This document shows, piece after piece, positions 24,407 through 36,274 of a stretch of DNA of 64,000 nucleotides. Position 1 is the first letter of the stretch. Each line of letters starts with the position of its first letter. The stretch is from Scyliorhinus canicula (taxonomy: Eukaryota). Location of the stretch: the NCBI RefSeq assembly GCF_902713615.1, contig NC_052176.1:2976001-3040000 (forward strand), given 5' to 3'. The notes under the pieces are model-generated. The model ran no database searches and was not told where the DNA came from. It worked only from the letters and a program-made list of their open reading frames with translations. The position numbers were made by a program, and so were the translations under genes.

Positions 24407-24554
24407 ATATTTATATATGGACCATCTGACTTGCCTATATTGTTCAAGCACAGCAAAAATGCTTTGTCATTCTTCACGGATCCATCTCATCTAGCAGACT
24501 GGAAGCAATATGAACAATATCTGACCCAAAATCCAGACTTCAAGACAGTAGAAG
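24407..24554 (+). CDS. TOP6BL: TOP6BL exon 9 (IFIYGPSDLP...FFTDPSHLADWKQY...NPDFKTVE)
   Basis: Matches IFLYGPLGLP...FFKDTSSLVDWKKY...NLD. Both boundaries are non-canonical (AT| and |GA). Confidence 0.88.
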
Positions 24555-25529
24555 GAAAGTTTATATTTGTTTATCAAAACCTGATATCCTATGGTGGTTA
24601 AAGTACTGTTTATGTAAAGTTGTTGGGTTTTTTTGTCATTAAAACCGGCAATGTGGATAACATAGGTACAAAATACTTTCCTTCTTCCCGGGTCCACCAA
24701 AGCCTTGGGACATGGGCATACGTATAGACCTGAGAGCAGCACGGTGGCGCAGTGGGTTAGCCCTGCTGCCTCATGGCGCCGAGGTCCCAGGTTCGATCCC
24801 GGCTCTGGGTCACTGTCCGTGTGGAGTTTGCACATTCTCCCCGTGTCTGCGTGGGTTTCACCCCCCCACAACCCAAAGATGTGCAGAGTAAGTGGATTGG
24901 CCACGCTATATTTGCCCCTTAATTGGAAAAAATGAATTGGGTACCCTAAATTTAAAAATAAATAAATAAAATAAATATAGAACTGAAGCTACTCAGAGAA
25001 CCCTTTGAATAAGGATGATGGAGGTTTGCACACAGTAGTACTTACTGACAAAACAACCGCCTGGTCATTATATTTCACCATCTTTAATTATCTTCTATCC
25101 TATTTCCACACATTTCTCACCATTTCTAGACCCCCGAGGCGGTTTGCCCTGGCTAGGAAATGGCTTTAGGGGCACCCCCCAATCTTTCCTAAATGGCCAC
25201 TCATCAAATATACATTTACAGTGGATGTTGGGTTATCAACTCCGAGAGTGGTCCAAATTTGCGACGCGTCTTTCTCTGTGGGTAGAAACATGGGAGATCC
25301 TTCTCCTTCCTTGCCCCTGAGGAGAGAGGCTCGTTGAGGCACCTCAATTGTCACCAAAATCAACCAGGAATCAAGCTTGGGATCTGCCTGCTTTGTTATT
25401 CAACCAGCTAATAATGAGCGGAAGTTATAAGCTGAACGCATGCATCATGTCATCGCACCGAGGGTTTTAATGGTGACTAAGATGTTTTTTTCGGTCTTCG
25501 CTGACTGTTTTGCAAATGCAATTAACAGC

Positions 25530-25543
25530 CCACTAGGAGGCGC
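25530..25543 (+). promoter_or_regulatory. Candidate CTCF site
   Basis: CCACTAGGAGGCGC, close to the CTCF core consensus, in non-repeat intronic DNA. Confidence 0.45.
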
Positions 25544-26474
25544 TGTGAGTATGCAACACGAATAGTGGCCATTCAATGAGTTCCATTGATAGAAACGTCC
25601 AGTCAATCTGTTTGAGCTATAATTTGCAGTCTGATTATTTTTACTTTATGCAAGAAGTCCTTGAAATACCAGCCTCAGTTTGTCGAGACTGAAGTAATTT
25701 GCAGTGAAAATTACTCTCGGCTTAATTGTAATTACTGTAATTAGTATTAAAGCCACTACAGCTACGTACATGGCCTCATAATAGGTTACTTGTTCAGGTC
25801 TGTAATTAAGAATTTAAATTGCTCATTTTAAACAAAAATCACTGGTAATCCAACACAGACAAAACTTCCTGAACTGACAAGGAGTAAAAATACTGGGTTG
25901 GATTCTCCGCCTCACGACCCGGGAAATGTGTATTGCGATTGGGCGGAGTGCTAACCATTTCGCCACCGTGCCACCCAGACAGTCTGTCTTTTTTAAAAAT
26001 ATAAATTGAGAGTACCCAATTAATTTTTTCCAATTAAGGGGCAATTTAGCGTGACCGATCCCCCTACCCTGCAAATCTTTGGGTTGTGGGGGTGAAACCC
26101 ACGCAGACACGGGGAGAATGTGCAAACTCCACACCGACAGTGACCCAGGGCCGGGATCGAACCTGGGACCTCGGCGTCGTGAGGCAGCAGGGCTAACCCA
26201 CCGTGCTACCCTGATGTCTGTCTTTTAAACGCACCCCTTTTTATACTACTCCCAGGCTCCTGGTTGCTCACACTGCTGAGGGCTGCCTGTGTCCTTTAAA
26301 TGTTCAGAAGGCCTCTGGTCATCCGGGAGCCCACCCAGGCCGCCCTTCTGGCCGCCCTCATACCCCAGCTGTATCATCTAGGGGAAAACTCAATCAGGGG
26401 CCCACCAGGTGTTGGCCCTTCTCAGCGGCGCTGCCCCATTGCATATAAATGTTTCTGGAACATACCACTCCATT

Positions 26475-26509
26475 CACCTGAGGAAGGAGCAGTGCTCCGA
26501 AAGCTCGTG
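26475..26509 (+). ncRNA. Minimal hammerhead motif in a single Penelope-like arm (26471-26570)
   Basis: cac-CTGAGGA-A-GGAGC-agt-GCTCC-GAAA-GC-TC-gtg. Confidence 0.65.
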
Positions 26510-27115
26510 TTTGAAACAAACCTGTTGGACTTTAACCTGGTGTTGTCAGACTTCTTACTGTGCTCACCCGAACCAGAGGACACCTGTACCACAGCCTTGA
26601 GAACCACCTCCCTGGTTCCCTGCCCCCTCTCGGGTCAGAGGCCTCACCAGTGACCCCCAACCCCGCCGGATCCCCGGTTGTCTCCTCCTAGTGAGACTGG
26701 CAGTGCTGACTGCCTCTGCCACCACCTCTCAGGCAGTGTTCAGGACGGCAGGCTTGAGTCTGCATTAGCCCCGGCGAAGACGGTGTCCCTCCACTCCTCA
26801 CTGACATGGAGCTGTGGGTCCACCTCGGACTTCCCACCTCGCGGGGGGGGGGGGGGGGGGGGGGGCAGGTTTTCTGTGAGATGTCTTGATGGCTTCAGTG
26901 GGTGTGTGGTAAGTGGAACGCTTAAAAACCCTCCAGCTACCAGGTTCTTTAGCTCTAACTCTGGCCTTAGTGGTTAGAACGTCTGCTGGGCTGGGAACTG
27001 CTCTAAATTTGCGCCGGCAGAGTGCTAGCCCATTAGCATGACCCGAATCACTCCCCAAATAGCGCTCCTAATGGGAACGTGAACTGCACGCAATTCAGTC
27101 TCGGCATCAACACTT

Positions 27116-27786
27116 TGGCGCGATTCTCCGCTGCCCACGACGGGTCGGAGAATAGCGGGAAGGCCTTCCCGACAATTTTCACGGCCTCCTGCTATTCTCC
27201 CCCCCTCCGGCCGCCCCCCGACACGAATCGCTGCTCGCCGTTTTTTACGGAGAACAGCGATTCTCCGCAGGCCGATAGGCCGAATACCGCGGAGTTTACG
27301 GCCGTTTTCACGGCCGCGATCATACCTGCTTTCAGCGTTCGTGAAAACGGCCGCAAAGTGCCCGTCCCGGGCAACCATGGCACCGATTGGCACGGCCGCA
27401 CCGATCACGGGCAGCGGGTCCGATACCCGCGCACTATTTGTTCTTCCGCCGCCCCGCAGGATCAGTCCGCGGGGCGGCTGAGGGGCATGACGGCCCGTGC
27501 ATGCGCGGGTTTGACGCGTCTGCGTGATGACGTCATGCGCGGGTTGGAGCCACCCATCCCGCGCATGCGCGGATTACGTCATTGTGCGCGTCAGCCGCTG
27601 TGACTCTTGGCGGGCGGAGTTAGCGACGTTCGCTAACTCCGCGTCACCGTGATTCCCTGGGCCCCGATACTAGCCCCGCCCGGGGGGGAGAATCGGGTCC
27701 CGGGACGGAGCTCCGAGGCTGGCGTGAAACACGGCCAGTTTCATGCCAGCCTTCACGGCACGCCGGATTTGCGGAGAATCGCGCCC
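27116..27786. mobile_element. GC-rich MITE (PIF/Harbinger-like, non-autonomous)
   Basis: TIR GGCGCGATTCTCCGC / GCGGAGAATCGCGCC. Confidence 0.78.
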
Positions 27787-29207
27787 TTAGTCTCCCAAAC
27801 GGAGAATCCTGCCCACTGTCTACTGACTCGAAAGAAAATAACCTTTTCAAATTTCAGGGAGAACAAAGAACAAAGAAAAGTACAGCACAGGAACAGGCCC
27901 TTCGGCCCTCCAAGCCAGTGCCGACCATGCTGCCCGTCTAAACTAAAATCTTCGACACTTCCTGGGTCCGTATCCTGGGTCTGGAGACAATGGCTCGTGG
28001 TAATGTCACAAGACTAGTAATCATAAGGGTCAGGCTAAATGCTCCGGGGAAACGGGTTCAAATAAAATCAGGCATGAAAAGCTACTCTCAGGAATGGTGA
28101 CCATGAACCTATCTTCGATTGTTGCAAAACCCCATCTGGCTCACGAATGTCCTTTAGGGAAGGAAATCTGCCGTCCTTACCTGGCCTGGCCTACCTGTGA
28201 CTCCAGACACGTAGTAATGTGAAATAGCCTAGCAAGCCACTCAGTTCAAGGACAGTTAATAATAATCATTATTATTGTCACAAGTCGGCTTACATTAACA
28301 CTGCAATGCAGTTACTGTGAAAAGCCCCTCGTCGCCACATTCCGGCGCCTGTTCGGGTTCACGGAGGGAGAATTCAGAATGTCCAATTCACCCAACAAGC
28401 ACGTCTTTCGGGATTTGTGGGAGGAAACCGGAGCGCCCGGAGGAAACCCACGCAGACATGAGGGGGAGAACGTGCAGACTCCGCACAGGCAGTGACCCAA
28501 GCCGGGAATCGAACCTGGGACCCTGGTGCTGTGAAGCAACAGTGCAGCAAATCCTTTCCAGCGATGCCCATGATGAAATTACTAAAATACCTTGGCTGTT
28601 TAGCACAGGGCTAAGTCGCTGGCTTTGAAAGCACACCAAGCAGGTCAGCAGCACGGTTCGATTCCCGTAACAGCCTCCCCTGGACAGGCGCCGGAATGTG
28701 GCGACTAGGGGCTTTTCACAGTAACTTCATTGAAGCCTACTCGTGACAATAAGCTATTTCCATTTTCATTTCCTTTGAGAGATTTTCACCTCGAATGCTC
28801 AGTGCATTAATAACTCTTAAATGAACAGGCAAGGGAGCATCAGTATGATTTTCAACCTAAAAGTCACGATTATCTCAACATTTTAGACTCCATGGCCTGA
28901 ATTTTACGTTCGGGCGGGAACGGATGTTAAACCTGATCCTGCCCGAGATCACGTTGTTGAGGCGATATTACGCTGGCTGGCCAATTAATGGCCATCCAGC
29001 ATGAAATGCGCTCTATGAAAGGCTGAGCACTGCCGGGGAAAGTGGGAGGAGGGTGGGCGCTAGGAGAAGGGAGCTGGCACTTCCAACGTGCTCTGTTGGG
29101 ACGGCAGCCGTTGCAGAGTTGTCTGAGGGAGCTGCTGACTTGCTTAAAAAAAGAAATACCAGTGGAAAAACTATGCGACGAGTGTCCGTGTCGTACAGTA
29201 CACAGAC

Positions 29208-29793
29208 TGTCATGGGAGAAAGGCTTTTGTCTTATCGCATGGCTTCAGTGATGTCATTGTGTGGGTGGAGCTGGGCTGTGGCTCAGTGAGCTGTTTTACT
29301 TTCACTTTTGATTTGGCTGCTGTGGACTCGGGCAGGAGAAAGAAGTGTTTTGGCCTGTCTCTCTCTGTTTTCATTTTAAATAATCTGGTCCAGTTAAAAA
29401 TCACCTCGGTGGTGGTTTTCGATTTAGTTTGCTTTCCGGCAGGGTTTAATCCTGCTGGTGAGACTGGGTCAGAATCTCAGGGAAAGTCAGTCTTATTCAG
29501 GTGAGAATGCGGAGTGCTGGGCCACGCCCTTGAAAAGGTGGTTTATGGGATTTTGTTTTTGAATTGGAACAGTTAAGGGGGAATTCATTAAGTGTTATAC
29601 ATAGATTACTGTAGCTGTGTGGGGTCTTTATGTTTGTAATTGATAAAGATTCTGCTGTTAAATCTTACTAAGTTCTTGAGCTTATTTTGATTAAAGTGTC
29701 TGGGAAGACTGTTGAATCGCACCTGAAGGGAAGACTTTTGTGCTCATCGTAGCCAAATTCAACAAAAAGTTACAGGACAGGTGACCCATAACA
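29208..29793 (+). mobile_element. Solo LTR, 4-bp-TSD family
   Basis: TGTCATG...CATAACA; TSD AGAC; homologous to the 36611 and 60175 copies. Confidence 0.8.
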
Positions 29794-30880
29794 AGACCTT
29801 CATCCCCAGACCCACTTGTTAATATTATTTGGGCTTTGACTTGCATCCCACCCCGGACTGAGGTTGCAACTGAAACATAAAGACCGCCTTGCCAATCGGC
29901 CCACCCGCCAACCATATAGGCGACGTAACTCCTAGTCAATTGCTGCTTAATTCATTTAAGGGCGGCACGGTGGCGCAGTGGGTTAGCCCTGCAGTCTCAC
30001 GGCGCTGAGGTCCCAGGTTCGATCCCGGCTCTGGCTCACTGTCCGTGTGGAGTTTGCACGTTCTCCCCGTGTTTGCGTGGGTCTCACCCCCACAACCCAA
30101 AGGTGTGCAGGGTAGGTGGATTGGCCAGGCTGAATTGTCCCTTAATTGGGAAAAAATGAATTGGGTACTCTAAATTAATATAATTTTTTAAAAATCATTT
30201 AATTCATCCCGAGGTCGTGAAAGTCACTAAATAAATGCAAGTCTTTAAAAATGTATTGTGATGAAATGTTATGCTGGCTGCACTTGTTGTATGCACTTGT
30301 TTACTGTGACTCGATGAGCTGCATATATATGTAAACTGTTGCTGGAATAGCCTGCCCCAAAAGTGATTTCCTGATGGCCCACTGGGTAACTTTGTCAGAT
30401 GTGTGGTGCTAAGCTACAGGATGGAAGGCCCCGGATTCAACACCAGACCAAAAATTGGTCCCGGCGCCCTTGGTCAATGAACGGGAACATTCAGCCACTC
30501 CTAATCCCTACGCAGTTAGTGTACGCTGGAATGTGTCAGTTTAGTGAGGACAGGTGTGATGCATGGCATGAACATAGAACATACCGTGCAGAAGGAGGCC
30601 ATTCGGCCCATCGAGTCTGCACCGATCCACTTAAGCCCGCACTTTCACCCTAACCCAATAACCCCTCCTAACCTTTTTGGACACGAAGGGACAATTTAAT
30701 GCAGTCAATCCACCTAACCTGCACGTCTTTGGACTGTGGGAGGAAACCGGAGCACCCGGAGGAAACCCACACAGACACGGGGGGGGGGGGGGGGGGGGAG
30801 AACGCACAGACAGTGAAGCAGCGGGGAATCAAATCTGGGACCCTGGCGCTGTGAAGCCCCGTGCTAGACCGGGTGCTACC

Positions 30881-31358
30881 TGTCTTGTTATGCTCTTGAC
30901 GTAGCATAAACTGCTTCCTTGATGTTCACCCTGACAAAGGAAGGTTCAGACGTGGAGATAACTTCAACACGTTTATTGAACTATTTACAATTCTCCTACT
31001 CGGGTCCGCCACTACTGTTAATCCTTCTATAGCTACTCAGACTGACGAACCAGTCTGCTACAATCCATGTGGTGGGTGTGATGTTGAATCAACCCTGTGT
31101 CTGTACTCACTGACTGTCTCCACTGGAAAGAGGAAGATCATGTGTGCTGTGTCCTTTATATATGGGTTGGTGTAATGCCCCCCCTGTGGTAGTGTCACCT
31201 CTGTGTGTATCGTGAATGCTCATTGGTCGTGTCCTATCTTACTGTCCTATTGGTTGAGTGTCTGTGTGTCATGTCTCTGGTGCTCCCTCTAGTGTCTAGC
31301 TAGTCTACGTGTATTTACATTAACCCCTTGTGTATCTACAGTGATGCATATCACCACA
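30881..31358 (-). mobile_element. Solo LTR (478 bp) inserted in an HE1 SINE
   Basis: TG...CA; 5-bp TSD CTACC. Confidence 0.85.
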
Positions 31359-31433
31359 CTACCGTGCTGCCCAATTGATAAATTTAGGTGAAAAAAAGAT
31401 ATGGTTAAGATTGTGCTGCTGTGGTCCCCTCAG

Positions 31434-31770
31434 ATGCGGGCAGGTTGTTTCCACTGGCGGGTGAAAGCAGAACTAGGGGACATAGCCTCAAAATACGGGG
31501 AAGTAGATTTAGGACTGAGTTTAGGAGGAACTTCTTCACCCAAAGGGTTGTGAATCTATGGAATTCCTTGCCCAGTGAAGCAGTTGAGGCTCCTTCATTA
31601 CATGTTTTTAAGGTAAAGATAGATAGTTTTTTGAAGAATAAAGGGATTAAGGGTTATGGTGTTCGGGCCGGAAAGTGGAGCTGAGTCCACAAAAGATCAG
31701 CCATGATCTCATTGAATGGCGGAGCAGGCTCGAGGGGCCAGATGGCCTACTCCTGCTCCTAGTTCTTATG
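31434..31770 (+). mobile_element. CR1 LINE 3' end
   Basis: TRGHSLK...RRNFFTQRVVNLWNSLP plus 3' UTR. Confidence 0.85.
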
Positions 31771-31889
31771 TGACACACTGGAGGGTTCGTGTCCCCACAG
31801 GAATTGCACCTCTGCCGGATAATAAGGAAAGAAATGGGAAAACAAGTTTTAAAAGCCAGTTCCACCGTATACGTATGTGTTTGTTACAG

Positions 31890-32033
31890 GATTGGCCTGC
31901 CCAGATATCAGTTACATTCTTCGATCAACCCTGGAGGATGTCTGCTCCGAACGCGGTGAAACCCAGACACTGCTTCTTTTTCTCTTCATTAAATACTGGG
32001 ATGACTTTCACTTGGAGCTGGTGGACATGGCAG
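31890..32033 (+). CDS. TOP6BL: TOP6BL exon 10 (GLACPDISY...QTLLLFLFIKY...DMA)
   Basis: ttacag| and |gtactt; matches LVLPDVSY...QTLLLFLFVDF. Confidence 0.93.
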
Positions 32034-32315
32034 GTACTTTCCCACAGCCGGGTCTATGAGCTTCTTTTAGTTTAGAGTTGTATTTGTATCACTGCCTCGT
32101 TGTTTTTTTTAAAATCAGGATTGTTATGGGCCAGGATTTAGAGAACCCCAAAGTATATCATGGAGTTCACCTGACCCAGAAATAGATTTTGGTTATGGGG
32201 AACACAAGGACCCACTCTACAGATGTGATGCAACAGAGATCTAAAGTACTTTTAAAACAAAGCAATGTTTATTCTATGATTCCAGTTAACATTTTATAAA
32301 CACACAGTAAACGTC

Positions 32316-32838
32316 TTTTTTTTTAATGAACATTTTATTGAGGTATTTTTGGTATAGTAACAACAACAAAATAAACAATATACATGAAACTATAAACATA
32401 GTGCAAAAGCCTCTCGTACCCGTCCCACCCTTATTACCCCCTACTCTAACCTAAACTACTCTCCCCCCCCCCCCCCCCCCCCCACTCCGTCTGCTGATGA
32501 TTAATTTTCCACAAAGATGTCGACAAACGGTTGCTACCTCCGGGTGAACCCTAACAGTGACCCTCTCAAGGTGAACTTAACTTTCTCCATACAAATAAAG
32601 CTCGCCAGGTCTTCGACTTTGGGGGCTTTGAGTCCCTCCATGCCAATAGTATCCGTCTCCGGGCTACCAGGGAAGCAGAGGCCACAACATCTGCCTTTTT
32701 CTCCTCCTGGATTCCCGGATCTTCCGACACCCCGAAAATCGCCACCACTGGACTCAACGCCACCCTTGTTTTTAAAACCTTGGGCATGACGTCCGCAAAC
32801 CCCTGTCGAAATCCCCTAAGCTTTGGACATGTCCAAAC
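32316..32838 (-). mobile_element. L1/Tx1-type LINE 3' end with poly(A)
   Basis: WTCPKL and ARRRILLAWRDSKPP (L1 ORF2 C-terminus); AATAAA and A-tail on the minus strand. Confidence 0.75.
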
Positions 32839-33188
32839 TCCACACGGACAGTGACCCGAGATCGAACCTGGGACCTCGGCGCAGTGAGGCAGCAGTGCTA
32901 ACCACTGCGCCACCGTGCTGCCCCCAATTGCCCATTTTTGATATACCCAGTGGCCTTTTGAAATCATTAGCAGGCTTATACTCTGAGAATCCTTCTTATG
33001 ATCGCAAATTTGTTGATTATTTTCTTTGTATTTGAATGTAAAAAAAAAGGTTATTGACAGTGGAACTCTGGCCTTGATTTTGCAATCATGGTGCCAGGGG
33101 CATTCTACTCGGTGTAATGATCATGGAATCTAGAACTCCTTGAAATAGGTGTTTGTGAGAATCTTTCATAGACTTCCTTTGTTGATAG

Positions 33189-33307
33189 GACAACAGGCCA
33201 TTGTTGATCATCTGGACCAGATTCTTCATTATAACAAAGATGTTGTGAGGAAATCAATTCAACCGGTGCTTCACCAAGTCCTGGATGACTACCTACGTTT
33301 CAAGAAG
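33189..33307 (+). CDS. TOP6BL: TOP6BL exon 11 (GQQAIVDHLDQIL...SIQPVLHQVL...KK)
   Basis: gatag| and |gtacca; matches HLNAIL...SIQFTVDKVL. Confidence 0.9.
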
Positions 33308-33718
33308 GTACCAGTGGCTAACTGTAAAGTGCTGAGGAGTTGTGGGTTACGATTATATCCCACGAGTGGGTTAACCTGATACTTTACAAGAAACATGGGT
33401 TATAGACCTCATCTTGCAACTCCCAGTCATGCATTCAGTCAGTAGCACATTACAAGTGGACGGCACAGTAGCGCAGTGGTCAGCACTGTTGCTTCACAGC
33501 TCCAGGCTCCAGGGTTCGATTCCCGGCTTAGGTCACTGTCTGTGCGGAGTCTGCCGTTCTCCCCGTGTCTGCGAGGGTTTCCTCCGGGTGCTCCGGTTTC
33601 CTCCCACGAGTCACGAAAGATGTTAAAAATTACCTTTGATTTTGCCGATGTGATTGGGAACAGGAAGGCGTTTTGCAGTTGGTACAAACCGGTGGTTATT
33701 TAACTTTTTTCTCTGTAG

Positions 33719-33829
33719 AATCAGGGAAGAATTCAGACTGCAACCACTGTCATCTGTGATGCTCTCCAGAGTATATTGTCGATGAGTACAAATCGTGACT
33801 TTCGAGCCAAGTCTCTACAGCTCCTGAAG
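33719..33829 (+). CDS. TOP6BL: TOP6BL exon 12 (NQGRIQ...SILSMSTNRDFRAKSLQLLK)
   Basis: tgtag| and |gtacac; matches SILTGSTRSSFRKMCLQTLQ. Confidence 0.92.
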
Positions 33830-33965
33830 GTACACGGGGGAAGTTCTGTGAAGGCAAACAAATGCATCATTTTAAGCAGCCATAGGGGGTAATAAGACAA
33901 TAACAAACTGCACCATACCAAATATGAAGGTATCAAAGCTTAATACCATCTTCTGCATAAATAGG

Positions 33966-34672
33966 GGGCGAGATTCTCCGCACATGCGGAGAATCGTAAA
34001 GGCTGCCGTGGGACAGGCCGTGACCCACGGCAGCCTTCACGGCCACTTCCGGGGCAGATTCTCCCCCCCGGGCGGGGCTAGGAGCGTGGCCCCGTGCGTC
34101 ACGGCGGCGCGGCCTTGACGACAGTCGTCAAGGCCGCACGTCAAGCGTCAACGGCGGCTGACGCGGCCGATGTCGTCAGTCGCGCATGATGTCGTCAGTC
34201 GCGCATGCGCAGGTTGGACAACGCCAACCCGCGCATGCGCAGTTAGCGTCTTTCTCCTCAGCCGCCCGGCAAGACGTGGCGGCTTGATCTTGCCAGGCGG
34301 TGGAGGGGAAAGAGTGCGTCTGTTTTGGACGCTGGCCCGACGATCGGTGGGCACCGATCGCGGGTCTGTCCCCTCCCGAGCACAGTCGTGGTGCTCCCCT
34401 GCCAGTCGGGCCTCTAGACGCCCCAAACGGGCATCTGGCGCCCGTTTCACGACGGCAGCGAGCAGGTGTGTTTGCTGGCGTGTTGAAACGGGCGTGAAGG
34501 CCCGGCCGCTCGGCCCATCGGCCTCGGAGAATCGTCGCTCGCCGTAAAAAATGGAGATTCGTGGCGTGGGTCGGGCATGGGGGGGCGGGGAGAATAGCGG
34601 GAGGGCATGAAAAATGTCGGGAGGCCCTCCCGCTATTCTCCCACCCGGCGTGGGGGGCGGAGAATCGCGCCC
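33966..34672. mobile_element. GC-rich MITE (PIF/Harbinger-like)
   Basis: TIR GGGCGAGATTCTCCGC / GCGGAGAATCGCGCCC. Confidence 0.78.
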
Positions 34673-34811
34673 ATGATATCTGAGTAGTTTGGAGTACAAA
34701 GGCCCTGCTCGGTACAGGACCGAACACACAGACAGGTTCAGTTCCAGACACAGAGCCGATAGACTGCATGAGCTGTCTCTGTTCTGTAACCAATTCTGTC
34801 GTCTGGGTCGC

Positions 34812-35036
34812 CATGATGTGGAGATGCCGGCGTTGGACTGGGGTGAGCACAGTAAGAAGTCTTACAACACCAGGTTAAAGTCCAACAGGTTTGTTTCAAA
34901 CACGAGCTTTCGGAGCACGGCTCCTTCTTCAGGTGAATGTGAATAGATTCACCTGAAGAAGGAGCCGTGCTCCGAAAGCTCGTGTTTGAAACAAACCTGT
35001 TGGACTTTAACCTGGTGTTGTAAGACTTCTTACTGT
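34812..35036. mobile_element. Penelope-like palindromic element
   Basis: ~90-bp perfect inverted arms; flanking direct repeat CTGTCGTCTGGGT (34796-34808 / 35033-35045). Confidence 0.8.
34950..34984 (+). ncRNA. Minimal type-I hammerhead ribozyme motif (mirror copy on - strand at 34901-34935)
   Basis: cac-CTGAAGA-A-GGAGC-cgt-GCTCC-GAAA-GC-TC-gtg. Confidence 0.7.
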
Positions 35037-35169
35037 CGTCTGGGTTGAGTGAGCTGATCTCAATGGGGAGCCAGTGAGGTGCCGACCTATTGCGGTTGCT
35101 CCATGCTCCTCCCCTTGCACATTATTCCCACTGCCAACATTGCTCAGAAAATTGAAAACCAAAATGATT

Positions 35170-35637
35170 CCAGGATGTTGCCGGGTATGGAGGGCATTAG
35201 CTATCAGGAGAAGTTGAATAAACTCGGTTTGTTCTCACTGGAACGACGGAGGTTGAGGGGTGACCTGATAGAGGTCTACAAAATTATGAGGGGCATAGAC
35301 AGAGTGGATAGTCAGAGGCTTTTTCCCAGGGTAGAGGGGTTAATTACTAAGGGGCGTAGGTTTAAGGTGCGAGGGGCAAGGTTTAGAGGAGATGTACGAG
35401 GCAAGTTTTTTTACACAGAGGGTAGTGGGTGCCTGGAACTCGCTGCCGGAGGAGGTGGTGGAAGCAGGGGCGATAGTGACATTTAAGGGTCATCTTGACA
35501 AATACATGAATAGGATGGGAATAGAGGGATACGGACCCAGGAAGTGGAGAAGATTTTACTTTAGACGGGCAGCATGGTTGGCACAGGCTTGGAGGGCCGA
35601 AGGGCCTGTTCCCGTGCTGTACTTTTCTTTCTTCTTT
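35170..35637 (+). mobile_element. CR1 LINE 3' end
   Basis: RMLPGMEGISY...LGLFSLERRRLRGD. Confidence 0.88.
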
Positions 35638-35668
35638 GTGTCATTTATTTTGCTTATTGACTTTCTAG

Positions 35669-35767
35669 GTTTCAAGCACCCAAGAAATGAGGGCATCTCT
35701 TCAGAATACTCTACAAAATGTTGTCCAGAACAGATTTCTCCCGAGCAGAGTCTGTTACACAAAGCGG
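35669..35767 (+). CDS. TOP6BL: TOP6BL exon 13 (VSSTQEMRASLQ...RFLPSRVCYTKR)
   Basis: ttctag| and |gtatgt; matches AADTQEFRTKL...QFLHHCSC. Confidence 0.9.
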
Positions 35768-36144
35768 GTATGTTATTAAATACCTGGAGGGTTGATTAAG
35801 ACTGAGTGATGCAGAGGATTTGATTTGTTTCCTGGATGTGGTTGATTTCATGATGTGGTAAATTATGTGCGTTTCACGAACCTCAGTGAGCTGGCTGTGA
35901 TGATATTCTGTGATGATTTATGTACCGTATTAACTGAATGGGGAATGCACGACTCTGAGAAAGCTTCGAACGTTATCTGTACATTTTATTCAATGTTCAC
36001 AATTTATAACCTTCAGGAGAGAGTGGATGGGGCACCCGTTATTCCCCATGAGATAAATCCTTGATCTTGCTTGGGTCGATACTGTGATTGATGTCAAAGA
36101 CGTCTAACTGCACAGGATTAATATTGATTGTCCTTTGACTGAAG

Positions 36145-36274
36145 GTTCATTCAGGAGATGGTGACCGTGTGCAGTCCGGCACTGATTCAGCTACTCCAGG
36201 GGCCAGCCAAGAGAATCGATGTGACACGGACCAGGGCCAGAGGATCCATGCTGAGCTTAGCCACTCTGAGTCAG
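36145..36274 (+). CDS. TOP6BL: TOP6BL exon 14 (low-complexity linker VHSGDG...SHSES)
   Basis: tgaag| and CAG|gtacaa; open frame; supplies the phase 0->1 change required between exons 13 and 15. No recognisable homology. Confidence 0.7.
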
